DNA of 64,000 nt from assembly GCF_009914755.1 (NCBI RefSeq), contig NC_060929.1; one strand, given 5' to 3'. This document shows, one piece after another, positions 12,806-32,911 of the stretch (position 1 is its first letter; every line of letters starts with the position of its first letter). The DNA comes from the human T2T-CHM13v2.0 reference genome, Homo sapiens. The notes under the pieces were generated by a model. It ran no database searches. It was not told the origin of the DNA and saw nothing but the letters and a program-made list of their open reading frames with translations. A program made the translations under genes and the position numbers.

Positions 12806-13995
12806 CATTTCTTTATATTTCACTGCCCAAAGATGTCCAAACATCAGCATGCAGGTGCCTACAGGTGCCTACAGAGGGCTGTCCCCACAAAAATCTTGGC
12901 TCCTGGTCCAGACCCACTGTTAGGGCCAGTGCCTGGGCATTATGGGTCAGTCCAGCTCTGAGATTTTAATTCCTGTTGTTGGAATGAGGGGAATAAATGG
13001 GCACTCAATCTCTTGGGATTTTTCAGCTCTCTCTGAGGCATCAGATTTTTTTCCTAGGGTCATCTCTGAGAGAAGTATGCCTGGAACATTGGCATGAGGA
13101 AATCAATCAATGCAAAGCATATAATGAGGTATGTATTCAGCACCATGAGGACCAACCCAGCGAGAATAAGCTCAGAAGGTTGTAGGAAGAGTGTAGGACT
13201 TGGAGAAAGAGCAATGACCCTGCACTCCGTCTAGAAGGGGTGAGGGAGAGGGGACAGGGAGGAAAAAGAAGGTGATGGGAAGAGGTTGAGGAGGAGCATG
13301 TGGGGTATGTGCAATTGGATGAGTAATGGAGAGCAGCTTTATTACTTTGACTTTTTGAAATAAGAACCAGCTTATGAAGGTGGGGAGGGAACAGCCTGGG
13401 AATAAATTAATTGAGAAAGGAAATTAAAGCCATCATTTCTGCTCTGCTGACGAGCAGATGTCAGCATGCCTCTAGCCTCTTGCTATATTCAGTGTTTTTC
13501 TAGAGATAAATGGTGGAGCTCAAAGAGGTTCCAACAGGGCCTGTGTTGAACACTTGAAGGCTCTAGAATATTTTGGTCATGAGAAAAGAGGGCTGAAAGT
13601 TGAGGACCAGGCTTCTAGGCTCTGAGGATTTTTTTTTTTTTACGTTAGCTATTTCACAATTACCAGTAGATTTAACTGCAAAACTGAAGGGAAATCAGGT
13701 AAGCATTTATAAAAGAGGAAATTAAGATGCTGGTATTCCTACCAAGATGACTCGAGGGAGAAAGAAAAGAGTTGGAAACACCTTTGCCAAGCCATTGAGA
13801 AGCTAGCATTGAGGGCAGAGAGTGCTTGAAGCAACCCAGCCTTAAGGCACTCTCTTAGAAGCAGCCAGGGCAGAGAGCAGCGGGGACAGGCAGTTCCAGC
13901 AATAGCTGGCTGAGGAGGATAGAGAGGGAGGCTGGCTCAGCAACCTAGCCTGGGAAAACAACCCCTGTGCTGAAATGCATTAGAAGTTCTCTACT

Positions 13996-14282
<287 letters not shown>

Positions 14283-14339
14283 TTATTTGTGAAGACTTAC
14301 TCCCAGCAAGGGGAGACAGGCAGAGTGTGCACCAGAAAC

Positions 14340-14865
14340 CAGGCATCTTCAACATGGATATTTTGGATCTTTTCTGCATCCAGACAAAGGAACTTATTTA
14401 CTAACAGCTGGCAGATATGGGCAAAATCACAATTTGATGGGTTAACCAAGGTCTGTATTACGTGCATAGGGGCATCGCATGAAAGAAAAGTGAGTATCTC
14501 CAAACCCAGTGAGATGTTAACATTTATATGCCCCCTTCATAGGGGGGATGTGAGGGGAGATATAGGCAACTTAGGGGACTGTAAATGATTTTGGGGAAAG
14601 ATGAATGGGCCCTCAGAAGAACAGGTGACATCATGAGATGGTCTGGGTATGAAGTGGGCCTCTAGTTTCCTCTCCTGGTTAATCTTCCCTAGTTGATGAG
14701 ATTTCTGGGGACGGGACTCATGACAATGGAGTTCTTCTTGGAGAATCTGTCCTTAGGCAGATGAAGTTCAGAGAAAGCCTCTCCCTGCATTTGCTGTTTC
14801 CCAGGTGTCCTCACTTTGAGGCCCAAAGCAGCATATTTTGGGGTGGCATTTTCTGAACTCCTTTA
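14340..14865 (-). mobile_element. ERV1 solo LTR of the MER4 group (MER34/MER89-like)
   Basis: Reverse complement starts TAAAGGAGTTCAGAAAATGCCACCCCAAAATATGC, typical of this group; left boundary approximate. Confidence 0.7.
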
Positions 14866-14965
14866 GAGCTAATCTGTCAGAAGGCAGGTGGAGCCTGGGT
14901 CAGACGAATCTGAGCATGCCCAAGTTACATAAAAGTTATGTGTCAACAAGCACATCCTGCTCCAC

Positions 14966-15068
14966 TTTTTTTTTCTTTTTTCTTTTTAGAGACAGGGTCT
15001 TGCTCTGTCACCCAGGCTGGAGTGCGGTGGCACGATCATGGCGCACTGCAGCCTCAACTTCCTGCCCA
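14966..15068 (-). mobile_element. Alu right-arm fragment
   Basis: gagacagggtcttgctctgtcacccaggctggagtgc. Confidence 0.85.
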
Positions 15069-15556
15069 CCCTACTTTTTTAGTATAACAGCTGAAAGATA
15101 TGGAACGTGGAATTGATGAAGGGTGACTCATTAAAATTATAATAGCAATTAGGAACAAGCAGAAAAAGACCATAGGCAAGGACAGTTTCATGGCCAAGAT
15201 CATATGTTTTCCCACATTTTATATTTGGCGAGCGCGTAGGAGGGATCAACACATCCAGATTACTCTCCAGCTACAACTTCGGTTTCAACAAAACCCTGAA
15301 TCTGACACCCTCGGCCCAGGCCCTCTTTCTCTTTCCTGAGCACTAAGGCTCCTGTTGGTGCTCTTGGCATTAGTGGCTTCAAGGCGAGGGTGAATGGGTT
15401 TGTGTTAGTGACTTTGTGGATGAAAGGACACTTGAATTTTCCTTGCCCAGCCTCGGCACTGCCTCAGACATTAAAGGCTATGAAATCTGCGCTGGTGTTT
15501 TGGTGAGGGACTGGAGTAGTCTCAAACCACTTTTTATACCCTATGTGAGAAGGAAC

Positions 15557-16933
<1,377 letters not shown>

Positions 16934-17151
16934 GAACTTAATTGTAGTCCCTTAATCCATAGTTGCCTCTGATTCTGAACTGCCCAGAGAAAAAGGACGT
17001 TAGTTGGTTGGTTCCCTGGGTTTTTTTCCTTCCAGTCATTTATTCACAACTGGTGTCACACACTGGAGATGTAAGAACAGAAAAAATCGTGGTACCTGTC
17101 CTTCAAGAACCACAGTCTTGTAGGGGTGACAGGGATAGAAACCACAATACA

Positions 17152-17530
<379 letters not shown>

Positions 17531-18027
17531 CTATCCTGGTCCTCAAATGAGGAATTCTTTTCTCTCTTCTTCCCTTCCTTTCTTCCACAAAGATGTAGTG
17601 AGTGCTGTGAGTTAGGTCTGAGTTAGGTCCTGCGAATACATAAATGAACAAATACCATTCCATGCTTAGAGGAGATCATGGACTAGTTATGTTCTTCCCA
17701 GACTCCATGCTAGGGTATTCACTGGTCCATTTCACTATCATGATGAAATGAGAAAAAGCAAGAGACAATGTAGTGAGTCTTTAAATAAAATTAAATGTAT
17801 TCAATATAAGATCTTTTCTCTTTAGTTTGAAGTTATATTCTTATGTACATTCTTTCCTCAAAACATGTTGATAGTAGATGGTAGTCATCACTGATTTGTT
17901 TGTTTATTTCCTTGCTCGCCAAAATGAAAATTAAGCAATCTTTTGTCACACCACAAAAAGTACGTGTGTGTGTATTAAGTGTTGTTACTGGTTAAAGATT
18001 CATTTCCTCATTTCAAAAGTGGGATTA

Positions 18028-18357
<330 letters not shown>

Positions 18358-18516
18358 CTAAGAGTGACCCTTTCTCATCTAATAAAGTGGACCTTATACA
18401 GGGAACATGGATTTACCAGACATGACAAATGCAGGCTCTCATGCCACTCCCCACTCTCCTTAGACTCAGAAGGGAGGAAATGGGAGAGCCCCAGGCCTCA
18501 AGAGAGGCAGGATTAA

Positions 18517-19211
18517 CTCTTTTCTTGTTATCCCTGCACAAGACACCAAGAGCAGCAGCCTCTTGAGACCCTGTAGGAGGCAGTGCGGGAAGTCCTGGAC
18601 AGGAACCAGTGCAAGTGCCAGAAACTTTTGGGAACAGTGGAGCTACAGATCAGCTTGAAGAACTCTGACCCTCAGAAGGATGAACGCTTCTTGGGCACTG
18701 TCATCTGAAGTCCACTCGCCGCCCCAGGTTCTCCACGTGTGTCCTGGGGGACCAGCAGCACAGGGTTGAGGCCAAGCCTGTGGGTATCTCCTACGTGGAC
18801 ATCGAGGTGCTGAAGAAACTCGACAGGAACAAGAAGCTGCTCAACAAGTATGATGCCTTTCTGGCCTCAGGGTCTCTGATCAAGCAGATCCCACAAATCC
18901 TGGGCCCAGGCCTAAATAAGGAAGGCAGGTTCCCTTCCCTGCTGATGTACAGTGAAGACATGGTGGCCAAAGTTGATGAGGGGAAGTCCACAATCAAGTT
19001 CCAGGTGAAGAAGGGGCTCTGTCTGGCATGGCTCTTGGTCGTGTCAAGATGACAGATGATGAGCTTGTGTACAACGTCCATCTGGCTGTCAACTTCCTGG
19101 TATCATTGCTCAGGAAGAATTGGCAGAACATCTGGGCTTTACACATCAAGAACACCATAGGCAAGCCCCAGTGCCTGTATTAAGGCACATTCTAATAAAT
19201 CTTAGTGCCAC
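18517..19211 (+). pseudogene. RPL10A: processed pseudogene of 60S ribosomal protein L10a (uL1); symbol given is the parent gene
   Basis: Translation [62 protein letters not shown] matches RPL10A; intronless; 5' TOP-like ctcttttc at 18517; ATG changed to AAG at 18548; stops and frameshifts; TAA 19181, AATAAA 19194; degenerate TSD 18501-18516 vs 19290-19305. Confidence 0.97.
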
Positions 19212-19294
19212 AAAGAGAGAGACAGAGAGAGAAAGAGAGAGAGAGAGAGAGATAAACAAAGAGAGAGAGAGAGAGAGAGATAAACAAAGAGAGA
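19212..19294. repeat. (GA)n-rich microsatellite at the site of the pseudogene poly(A) tail
   Basis: Lies between the RPL10A 3' end and the 3' TSD. Confidence 0.9.
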
Positions 19295-19869
19295 TTCGGG
19301 ATTCAGCAATCTCCTTTCTAGACAAGGGCTGCTCCCCCTGACACCACAGAGGAGATGGCTGATGTTCCAGGAGTCTACAGGCCCAAGAGACCTGGGTTCA
19401 TCCCATCTCGTTGGAGAAGGACAGCAATTCTACAGAGGGACCCAGCGGGAAAAGCTGGTGAAACACAAATAGGCTGCCCCAGGGAGGAGCCTCTGGCTCT
19501 TTTATAGGGTAACTGAATATGGTCACCAGCTTTTATCAAAATTAGCCAGGTACTCAGAGTTTCCAACGGCCCAGGCACAAATAATCCACAAACCAATCAC
19601 TTCAAATTATATCCCTGAAATAGTCACACGCATGCTCTCAACATACCATTAGCACCTAAACTCAAACTATGACACACCCACAAGTCTGCATCACCCTGCT
19701 TATAACTTAAAGCTTGTGGGTTTAAACTAATTTAGGAGTCAGTCTGGGGACCAAAGGGGGAAAGTCTTATAATGAGGTGGCGATTTGCTTAGGGAGGGGA
19801 ATGCAATGCATGCGTGACATCCAGAGGCTGGGAACTAATCGTCTCATAGGAGAGGTAAGTGTGTAAGCA

Positions 19870-20427
<558 letters not shown>

Positions 20428-20897
20428 TCATCTCTGCCTTAAGGCTCTCTTGTCTCTTTTCTTTCCCCCGCCCCACATTCCTATGCATGCCAGGCCCAAA
20501 ACATCCTCACAGGCTGCTGCTCTAATTACTTCATCCCATTTTAATTCTGCTGAGTTAGGAGCCTGTGAACTCAAGAGGAAATTCATGCAAAATACCCAAC
20601 AAATTGAATGTGCTGGTGTTTTAGAACGCCAGGTCTGACCCTATCTGCCCCCTTCATCCTCTCTTCCTGTGGCCCTGCTCCTGACCAATCTCAGCTTGAG
20701 AAATCAAAGGTAGAATGTGCTGGTGAGAAGAGAGGGTGGCATTGATTGAGAAAGATGTTGAGTTTCACTGAATTGTTTGAGCCATTGCTTGGGATGAGGA
20801 CAGGGTGGAGGCTTTCTGATGGGAGGCTTCTGTGGGAACCTTTTTGGAACTGATGGAGTCCATCTCTAGAGCTCCAAAATACCACGTGTGTTTGTGA

Positions 20898-21399
<502 letters not shown>

Positions 21400-21697
21400 T
21401 AGCTGGGTGTGGTGCTGAACTCCTGTAGTCCCAGCAACTCAGGAGGCTGAAGTGGGAGGATGGCTTGAGTCCAGGAGACAGAGGTTGCAGTGAGCTGAGA
21501 TTGCATGACTACACTCCAGCCTGAGCAATAGAGCCAAAACCTGTCTCAAAAACGAAACAAAGCAAAAAAATAAGTGATTCTCAAATTTTTCGGTCTCAGG
21601 ACTCCATTATACTCTGAAAAATGACTGAGGTCTCCAAGAGCTTTTGTTTATGTGGTTATTGCTATTGATATTTACTGTATTCAAAATGAAAACTGGG

Positions 21698-21815
21698 ATC
21701 CTTTTGTAGTTCATAAGCATGATGATTGGGTTTTCATGCTTGTGTGTGAGATGTGCTTCCCTCAAACCTTGTTATGATGGTGGCACATTACCCATCTGAT
21801 GTGAAAAAAAAAAAA
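21698..21815 (+). pseudogene. SNORD13: U13 (SNORD13) box C/D snoRNA retrocopy with poly(A) tail; symbol given is the parent gene
   Basis: atccttttgtagttcataagcatgatgattggg...ggcacattacccatctga matches U13 from its 5' end; box C TGATGA and box D CTGA; A-tail 21804-21815. Confidence 0.93.
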
Positions 21816-22395
21816 GAAAGAAAGCCTGAGAAGTTGAAAGAATATTTATTAATCCATTTAAATTTAAAATACCAAAAATAAACCATAATGTGTTAACATA
21901 ACTAACACATTTTGGTGAAAAAAGTACATTTTCCCCCTAAAATAGTGATAAAATTGGCATGTTTTACATTTTTACAAATCTCTAATAACTGGCTTAATAG
22001 AAAATACCTGGATTCTCTTATCTTATTCTCTTATTACAATTAATCCATTTCTTTTTTTCTTTTCTTTTCTTTTTTTTTTTGAGATAGTCTTTCTCTGTCA
22101 CCCAGGCTGGAATGCAGTGGTGTGGTGTGATCTTAGCTCACTGCAACCTCTGCCTCCCTGGTTCAAGCCATTCTCTTGCCTCAGCCTCCCAAGTAGCTGG
22201 GATTACAGGTGTGCACCACCACACCTGACTCATTTTTGTATTTTTAGTAGAGACAGGGTTTCACCATGTTGGCCAGGCTGGTCTCAAACTCCTGACCTCA
22301 AGTGATTCACCCACCTCAGCCTCCAAAGTACTGGGATTACAGGTCTGAGCCACCATATCTGGCCTAATCAGTTTCAATATGTTGTTTTGGTTGAA

Positions 22396-22507
22396 CTGGC
22401 CTCAAGTGATCTGCCTGCCTCGACCTCCCAAATTGCTGGGATTACAGGCATGAGCCACCGTGCCTGGCCAATGCTGTTATTTCCTAAATATCTCTTTAAT
22501 CCATAAC
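22396..22507 (+). repeat. 112-bp copy of 25277-25388 (Alu head plus unique flank) inserted into Charlie1
   Basis: Non-Alu 38 bp aatgctgttatttcct(a/t)aatatctctttaatccataac differs by 1 nt between the copies. Confidence 0.92.
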
Positions 22508-23540
22508 ATGAAACAAATCTGGCCTCACTGAGTTAGAAAAGTGAGGAATATTTTAGTCTTCAGATAATTGTGGATATTTTTCTTGGACACTACACCAAAA
22601 GTTGACACACAGCAGTTTTTTCTTCTTTTCTTTTTTACTCACCACTATATTAATGAGGAAACATAGTAGTTTCGTAAAGGTATGTGGAATCTAAAATCAT
22701 GTCAATCAATTCCTATTCTATTACATTAAAATCCATTGGTTTATCTTGAACTTTGAAGAGATTTTGTAACATTGTGTATTAGTCATTTGGAAAATATAGG
22801 TCCACTGAGTTATACATAGCTTCTAAATGCTGATGCATTTCATTATACAATACTTTAAAATCACATTCATTATATCACTATCAATCTCATCAAAGAAGTC
22901 TTTAGGAATTCGGAAGTTTTCAAGTTCATGGTGACAGATATAAGTGTTCCAAAATTCTAATTTTTCACTTGAAAGCTTGAATTTTATTATTGGCAACAAA
23001 TACTGTCAGTTGTTTCCCTTGAAGTAATAAGCTTACTTTGTTCATTTTTGGGGAACTATCTGCCAAACACTCAAATTTGAATAATCATAGTTTGTCTCTC
23101 CATTATATTTTCAAGTAAAAATAATTCTCCTTGCTGGGTGCCATGGCTCACACCTGTAACCCCAACACTTTGGGAGGCCGAGACAGTAGAATCACTTGAG
23201 CCCAGGAGTTAGAGACCAGCCTGGAAACAGAGTGAGACCCTGTCTCTACAAAAAATATACAAAGTTAGCCAGGTGTTATGGTGTGTGCCTGTAGTATCAA
23301 CTACTCAGGAGGCTAAGGTGGGAGGATCGCTTGAGAATGGGAGGTCGAGGGTGTAGTGAGCCAAGATCACACCACTGGACTCCAGCCTGGGTGACAGAGT
23401 GAGAACCTGTCTCAAAACAAAAACAAAACAAGAAAAACCTCAAAAAACAAAACAAAACAAAAACAACCAAACACACACACACACGCACACACACAAAAAC
23501 AGAACAAAACAAAATGGTGCTCCATGAAAAAAGAGGCTAA

Positions 23541-23771
<231 letters not shown>

Positions 23772-24654
23772 TAGCTGGGATTACAGGCATGAGCCACCAC
23801 ACCCGGCTGATATTGTATTTTTAGTAGAAACAGGGTTTCTCCATATTGGTCAGGCTGTTCTCGAACTCCCAACCTCAGGTGATCTGCCTGCCTTGGCCTC
23901 TCAAAGTGCTGGGATTACAGGCATGAGACACTGCGCCCAGCAGAATATTTTTTAAAAAGTACCCAAGGATTGAGATTTAGTAGAAATTAATAATCTTTAC
24001 CATTTGATGAAGAACATTCCTAAGTAAACGTGAAATTTTTTTAGTGCATGTGCATGGCAGTGAAGTGTACTATGAATACTAGCACAGGTTAGCACAACTG
24101 CTTCGATTTGTTTTGAGGTGCAGTCTGTTTTACCCACCATTGCTTTTGCACCATCAGTGCAAATGTCAACACAATGAAAAAGGCAAATCGTATCTTACAC
24201 TATTATGAAAATAGTTTTAGCAGGGCACACTGGGTCACGCCTGTAAATCCCAGCACTTTGGGAGGCCGAGGTGGGAGGATGATGACTTGAGCCTGGGAGT
24301 TTAAGAACAGCCTGGGCAACATGGCAAAACTTATCTCTACAAAAAATACAAAAATTAGTTGGGTATGGTGGTGCACACCTGTGGTTCCAGGTACTCAGGA
24401 GACTGAGGTAGGAGGATCACTTGAGCCTGGGGAGGCAGAGGTTGCAGTGAGCCAAGATCGCACCACTGCACTCCAGTCTGGGCAGCAGGAGGGAAAGCCT
24501 GTCAGAAAAAAACAAAAAACAAAAACAGAAAAGGAAAGAAAATAGTTTTAACTTCACAGACCCTTGAGAGGGTCTTGGGGGCCCCCTCAGGGTTGCATGG
24601 AGCACACTTTCAGATCCACTGCCCTAAATGACGTGTCTGAGTTCCTGAGAGTTG

Positions 24655-25805
24655 GTCCTAGGCCTCTTTTCTTCTCACTCTACTCTCTCCTTAAGTGAGC
24701 TCATCTACTGCCTTTGAACTACCTCTGAGAAAATGACCCACACATTTGTCATCTCCAGCCGTGACCTCTCCCTGGAGCTCCAGACTGTGTATCCAGCTGC
24801 CGGCTCAATTTTGGCAGTTGGGTGTCCCAAAGGCAATATGTCTAAGACTTTACTTCTGGTCTTCCATCCATTTATATAAGCCCAAATCCTTATTGTCACC
24901 ATGTTCCTCCTCACCCCGTATCTAATCAATCATTAAGTCCTGTAAATGCTGTTATTTCCTCTTCCTTTCTCTCTCTTTCTCTCTCTCTCTTCCTTCCTCT
25001 TTTGCTTCCTTCCTTCCTTTCTTTTCTTTCTTTCTTTCCTTTTTTCTTTCCTCCCTTCCTTCTCTCTCTTTCTCTCTTTCTTTCTTTTGAGACAGAGTCT
25101 CACTCTGTCACTCAGGCACAATCTTGGCTCACTGCAATGTCCCGGGTTCAAGGGATTCTTCTGTCTTAGCCTCCTGAGTAGCTGGAATTACAGGTGTGCA
25201 CCACCATGCCCAGCTAATTTTTGTATTTTTAGTAGAGACGGGGTTTCACCATGTTGGCCAGGCTGGTCTCGAACTCCTGACCTCAAGTGATCTGCCCACC
25301 CCAGCCTCCCAAAGTGCTAGGATTACAGGCGTGAGCCACTGCACCCGGCCAATGCTGTTATTTCCTTAATATCTCTTTAATCCATAACTTCTGTCTCTAC
25401 CACCATCACCACTACCAAAGCAAGATACCATTACCTCTTGCTGCATTACCACAACAGGCCTCCTTCAATCTGTTCTCCTCATTATAACCAGAGCAATCTT
25501 TTCAAAATGCAAATCTGATTATGCCAAAACCTTGTTTAAACCCTTCAACAACCTCCTATTGCTCTCAAAATAAAGGTCCAAATCTTTAACATGGTCTGTT
25601 TCCCCAGTCTAGGTCAGATTCTTAAAGTTCTCATAGAATCATGCCCCCTTCTTTCATAATAGTCATCGTCGTTTGTATTTGTATATTCATTAGTAGGATT
25701 ATTTGATTATTATCTCTCTCTGATGAGACTATAAGTTCTGTGAAAGCAGAGACAACCACATAGTAGACATTTTATAAATATTTGCTGAGTCAATGATTCA
25801 ATGAG
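24655..25805 (+). mobile_element. L2 LINE 3' portion interrupted by an antisense AluS (24961-25350) with CT-rich expanded tail
   Basis: ctccctggagctccagact..tatccagctgcc and ttttcaaaatgcaaatctgatt motifs; Alu TSD aatgctgttatttcct at 24945-24960 and 25351-25366. Confidence 0.85.
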
Positions 25806-26090
25806 GCCTAGGACAACTCCTTTGAGCATGGAGTAACCACTGAGAAATAATTCTTCTGCCCTCGGCCCTCGAGTTGGAGAAGACCTATTTTCATTCTTAT
25901 CGTCTCATAGCATTTCAAAGAAAAATGCTGCTTTGTCCAGGCATTCCATCATAGTGTCTTCCTAAGCATGAGGCACATTTATCTTCCTTTTGACATAGGC
26001 GCCCTCTTTGCTCCCCATCACTCATCCTGCCAGTGGTTCTTGAAGTGGGTTAGCAATACTGGTTCTTCAGGATTATAAGAGAGGGGACTG

Positions 26091-26422
<332 letters not shown>

Positions 26423-26613
26423 TTATCAAGCAACTACTGTGTGCCAGGCACTTTGAGACTTTTGTTGTCCCCTTTCATCTTTTTTTGGAGTTCCAGTGGG
26501 CTTTTAATCTTTACAACAACCCTATGAGGTAGGAGTTATGGTCCCATTTGTATAGATGAGAAAACAACGGGCCCAGAGAGGTTAAGTAACTTGCCTAAAG
26601 ATACACAATATAG

Positions 26614-27486
26614 TGTATTAGTCCTGTTTACCTACCTACCCTAAGACCCCTTCTAAGGGACTTTGTACTGGCAAAGATTTTGCAGCAGGCCATATTACAT
26701 ACCATATGACATCATCCCTACCCCAGTAGTTTATATCACTACTTACCTACCCCTGCCTCTTCTGCCCTAGGTGATTAGACCACAGGGAGGTTCTAACCTT
26801 AGCCATGTTGGTCCATGGGCTAGCCAGTCACCTCTGACTTATTGCCTGGTACAGAAAGACAACTGGCCAATAGGATTCCCTCTTAGTAACCTCAACCTGA
26901 AGCAGAGTTCCCCAGCAGGGAGCACAGACTGGGAGAGATGCAGACACACCCAGTGTGGCAGAATCACATTGAGGGTGGGCAGAGCCTGAGAAGGAAGAGC
27001 CGTGACCTTATTTTCACTCCTTAAGAGCCCCTGAGGAGTCTTTTTTTTTCATTTTATTTTTTTTGAGATGGAGTCTTATTCTGCCACCAGGATGGAGGGC
27101 AGTGGCCCTCCACTTCCCGGGTTTAAGCGATTCCCCTGCCTCAGCCTCCCGAGTAGCTGGGACTACAGGCACGTGCCACCACACCTGGCTAATTTTTGTA
27201 TTTTAGTAGGGACAGGGTTTCACTATGTTGGCCAGGCTGGTCTTGATCTCCTGACCTCGTGATCCGCCCGCCTCGGCCCCCCAAAGTGCTGGGATTACAG
27301 GCATGAGCCACCATGCCCAGCCCCCTGAGGAGTCTTGAATCCAGATTCCTCCTCAGCTTCAGCACCTGCCCCTGGGGTTTCCTGACAGGCCAGAAGTGGT
27401 TCTGCATGTATTTTTATACTAAGCTTCTGTGCCTGAGCTAACTCAAGGGGTCTCTTTTTCCATAAGAGTCTACCTCAAATGGGTAC
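26614..27486 (+). mobile_element. old ERVL-type LTR (LTR33/LTR16-like) splitting a MIR (26420-26610, 27487-27558), containing an antisense Alu (27041-27322)
   Basis: MIR halves join across the insert; tgtatt start and LTR-like 3' end; Alu TSD ccctgaggagtctt. Confidence 0.55.
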
Positions 27487-28003
27487 AGAGTGACAGGGTC
27501 AGGATTGAAACCCAAGCCTGTCTGTTTCCCTAGCTTATCCTCCTTTCACTATTCCACAGAGGGTGAGCCCTTGAGCGGTGTCAAGCGCCCACTGCCTGGG
27601 AATGAGCACAGCCAGCTTTGCAGCAAGGCACTAATTTAAAGAAGAGTGTGAGGAATCCTCACTTTCTGAACACTCTGAGGTGGGCCAAAGACTAACAGCG
27701 CCTGGCCTTGCTTTGGGAAGCTTTCCTGAGAAGTACAAGCCATGCCATCTAGAAACCTTCCCACTGTGGGCCACAGTTCAGTGTGTGACATCATGTATGA
27801 AATCACTAATCATCAGTGACATTACTCGATGATGCCACTTCCATAATGACCCTAAATCTTGGTCAGCTCAGGATGGGAAACCACAGACAGCCTGGGAATT
27901 AGGCAGACCAGGATTCCAGTCCTCTTCCTGACTGTTTGTCCTTGGGAAAGGCAGCACTGCTTTTCCTGTCTTTCCTCTCAGTGTCCTTGTCGGTAAAAAC
28001 TGG

Positions 28004-28142
28004 GAGCCAGGCAGGGTGGCACGCACCTGTGTCCCCAGCTACTCAGGAGGCTGAGGCAGGAGGATCACTTGAGCTCAGGAGTTCAAGACCAGCCTGGGTG
28101 ACATAGCAAGACCTTGTCTCAAAAAAAAAAAAAAAAAAGAAA
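28004..28142 (+). mobile_element. free left Alu monomer (FLAM-like)
   Basis: Monomer with poly(A) tail, within a MIR remnant. Confidence 0.88.
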
Positions 28143-28203
28143 GGGGGGATATTTCCTATCTCAGAACAAAAATCACAGGAGATAAATATGCAAGATCCTG
28201 CAC

Positions 28204-28713
<510 letters not shown>

Positions 28714-29849
28714 AGACTTTACCTTGGGCCCCTCATGTAGCAGGTACCTTAGAAATGCTGATTTTTCATCTTTATCCCATGTAGCAGAAGCCAAGGTCCA
28801 GTTAATCCCGGTGCCCTTAACCCAAGGCAACCCTCTGGCCTCTCCTTCAAGACTCTGAGACGTAGAGCCCACCACAGCCCCCTGCCCCAGAGAGCTGGAA
28901 GCCCATCAGAGCAATGAAGTAAAGTCTCCAGACCTGGGAGATCAGGACACTCCTATGAACTGGCACTTTCAAGGAAAGAGCCCAGGACCTGGGACTGCTG
29001 TGGCTGAGAAGAGCTGGGCCCAAGACTTGACCAGGTCCGTCCCCAAGCCCCAGGACGCCAGGCCCGTGGGGCAGTGTCCAGGGTTCTGTCTGCTGAGACC
29101 CTCCCTCGCTGGAGAAAGGAGCACTTGGTGGGCTTCTCATCAGGAAAGAGGAGATGGTTGAGCTGCATCTCTACTGAAAACTCCAGAGTTCATCTGGGAG
29201 GGCTCCTTTTTCTCCAGCCATCAGTTTTCTGACTAGCAATGCTCATTGTGTGCTGTGTAGGGCTGGCCTGGTTCCTCTTCCTTATAGCAGCCCCCTGCCT
29301 CCTCCAAAGCCAGTGCCTGTGTTAATACGATAATGCCATGACAGTGGCCAGGAGATGGTTTTACCTAACTGATTAGGCCCTCTGGAGTGGCATCTGGGGC
29401 ACAGGCTTAATTCTCCCTGGCAAGGAGGCAGCCAGGGCCCAGGGCTGGAGAGCACAAGGCACTGGCTGGGAAATTGCATCTGGGAGAGCACTGAGGGGGA
29501 AAATTGGAAGTATCAGAACTTCCCAGGTTGCTATTCCACAGAGGCCAAACATTGTTAGCAGCAGCACTAATTATGATCCAGGAGAGTCAGGCCTGGCTGC
29601 CTAGCCTGCCAAGGCAGTCCTTGAGAGCGGCCTTGGGAGCCAGTAGGGCAGAGGCAGAGATGCAGGCAGGCTGGGGCTCTCAGCAACAGGGTGAATTTGG
29701 GAGAGGAAAAACTGCAGAGCCTTTCAGACCCATGTGGAAGGGGAGCTGGATAGACTGAGTTGCTGGGTGCCTTCATGTCCTTTAGAAGGCTTAGAACTAT
29801 GATAGGAAGGGTGGAAATTAGATGCTTTAATGATTTCTACCTGCCAGGA

Positions 29850-32090
<2,241 letters not shown>

Positions 32091-32484
32091 GACAGCAGTG
32101 CATGGGAACAAAGGCAGCAGAAGGCTGCTTCTTCCTTAGTCATTTCAGGAGGACCCATGTCTTGATTCCTGTTGTGGGTCCAATTTGGAAACAGACTCCT
32201 TAGTTTCTTGCTTCTAGGAGCTCCCTTGAGTTCAATTTATGAAATATTCATTAGACATCTAGTGCGTTTGTTACCTAGTATGGCAGATGTAGAAGGAAAA
32301 TAAGCTATAGAGCACTATTGGCCCTTGGGAAACATATGGATTGGTTAGGAGCCTAGATTTTGTCCTTTTCTTTCTTTGCAAGTGTGACCATTCAGGTGTT
32401 GTGTAAAAGGCCAGGGAAAGAGTGGCTTCACTCTTTATGGAGGCACGATAAACTGGTATGGCCTGGGTAGGAAAGAGGGGAGGA

Positions 32485-32895
<411 letters not shown>

Positions 32896-32911
32896 TTAAG
32901 AAACAGTTTGA

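Noticed and set aside
12852-12874. caggtgccta tandem duplication
   Set aside because: A two-unit 10-bp slippage event; too common to be informative
17690-18020. AT-rich stretch that may be a decayed DNA transposon
   Set aside because: I could not assign a family or termini with confidence
18780-19052. RPL10A-like ORF as a functional CDS
   Set aside because: Partial, lost ATG, frameshifts and stops elsewhere, intronless: a pseudogene
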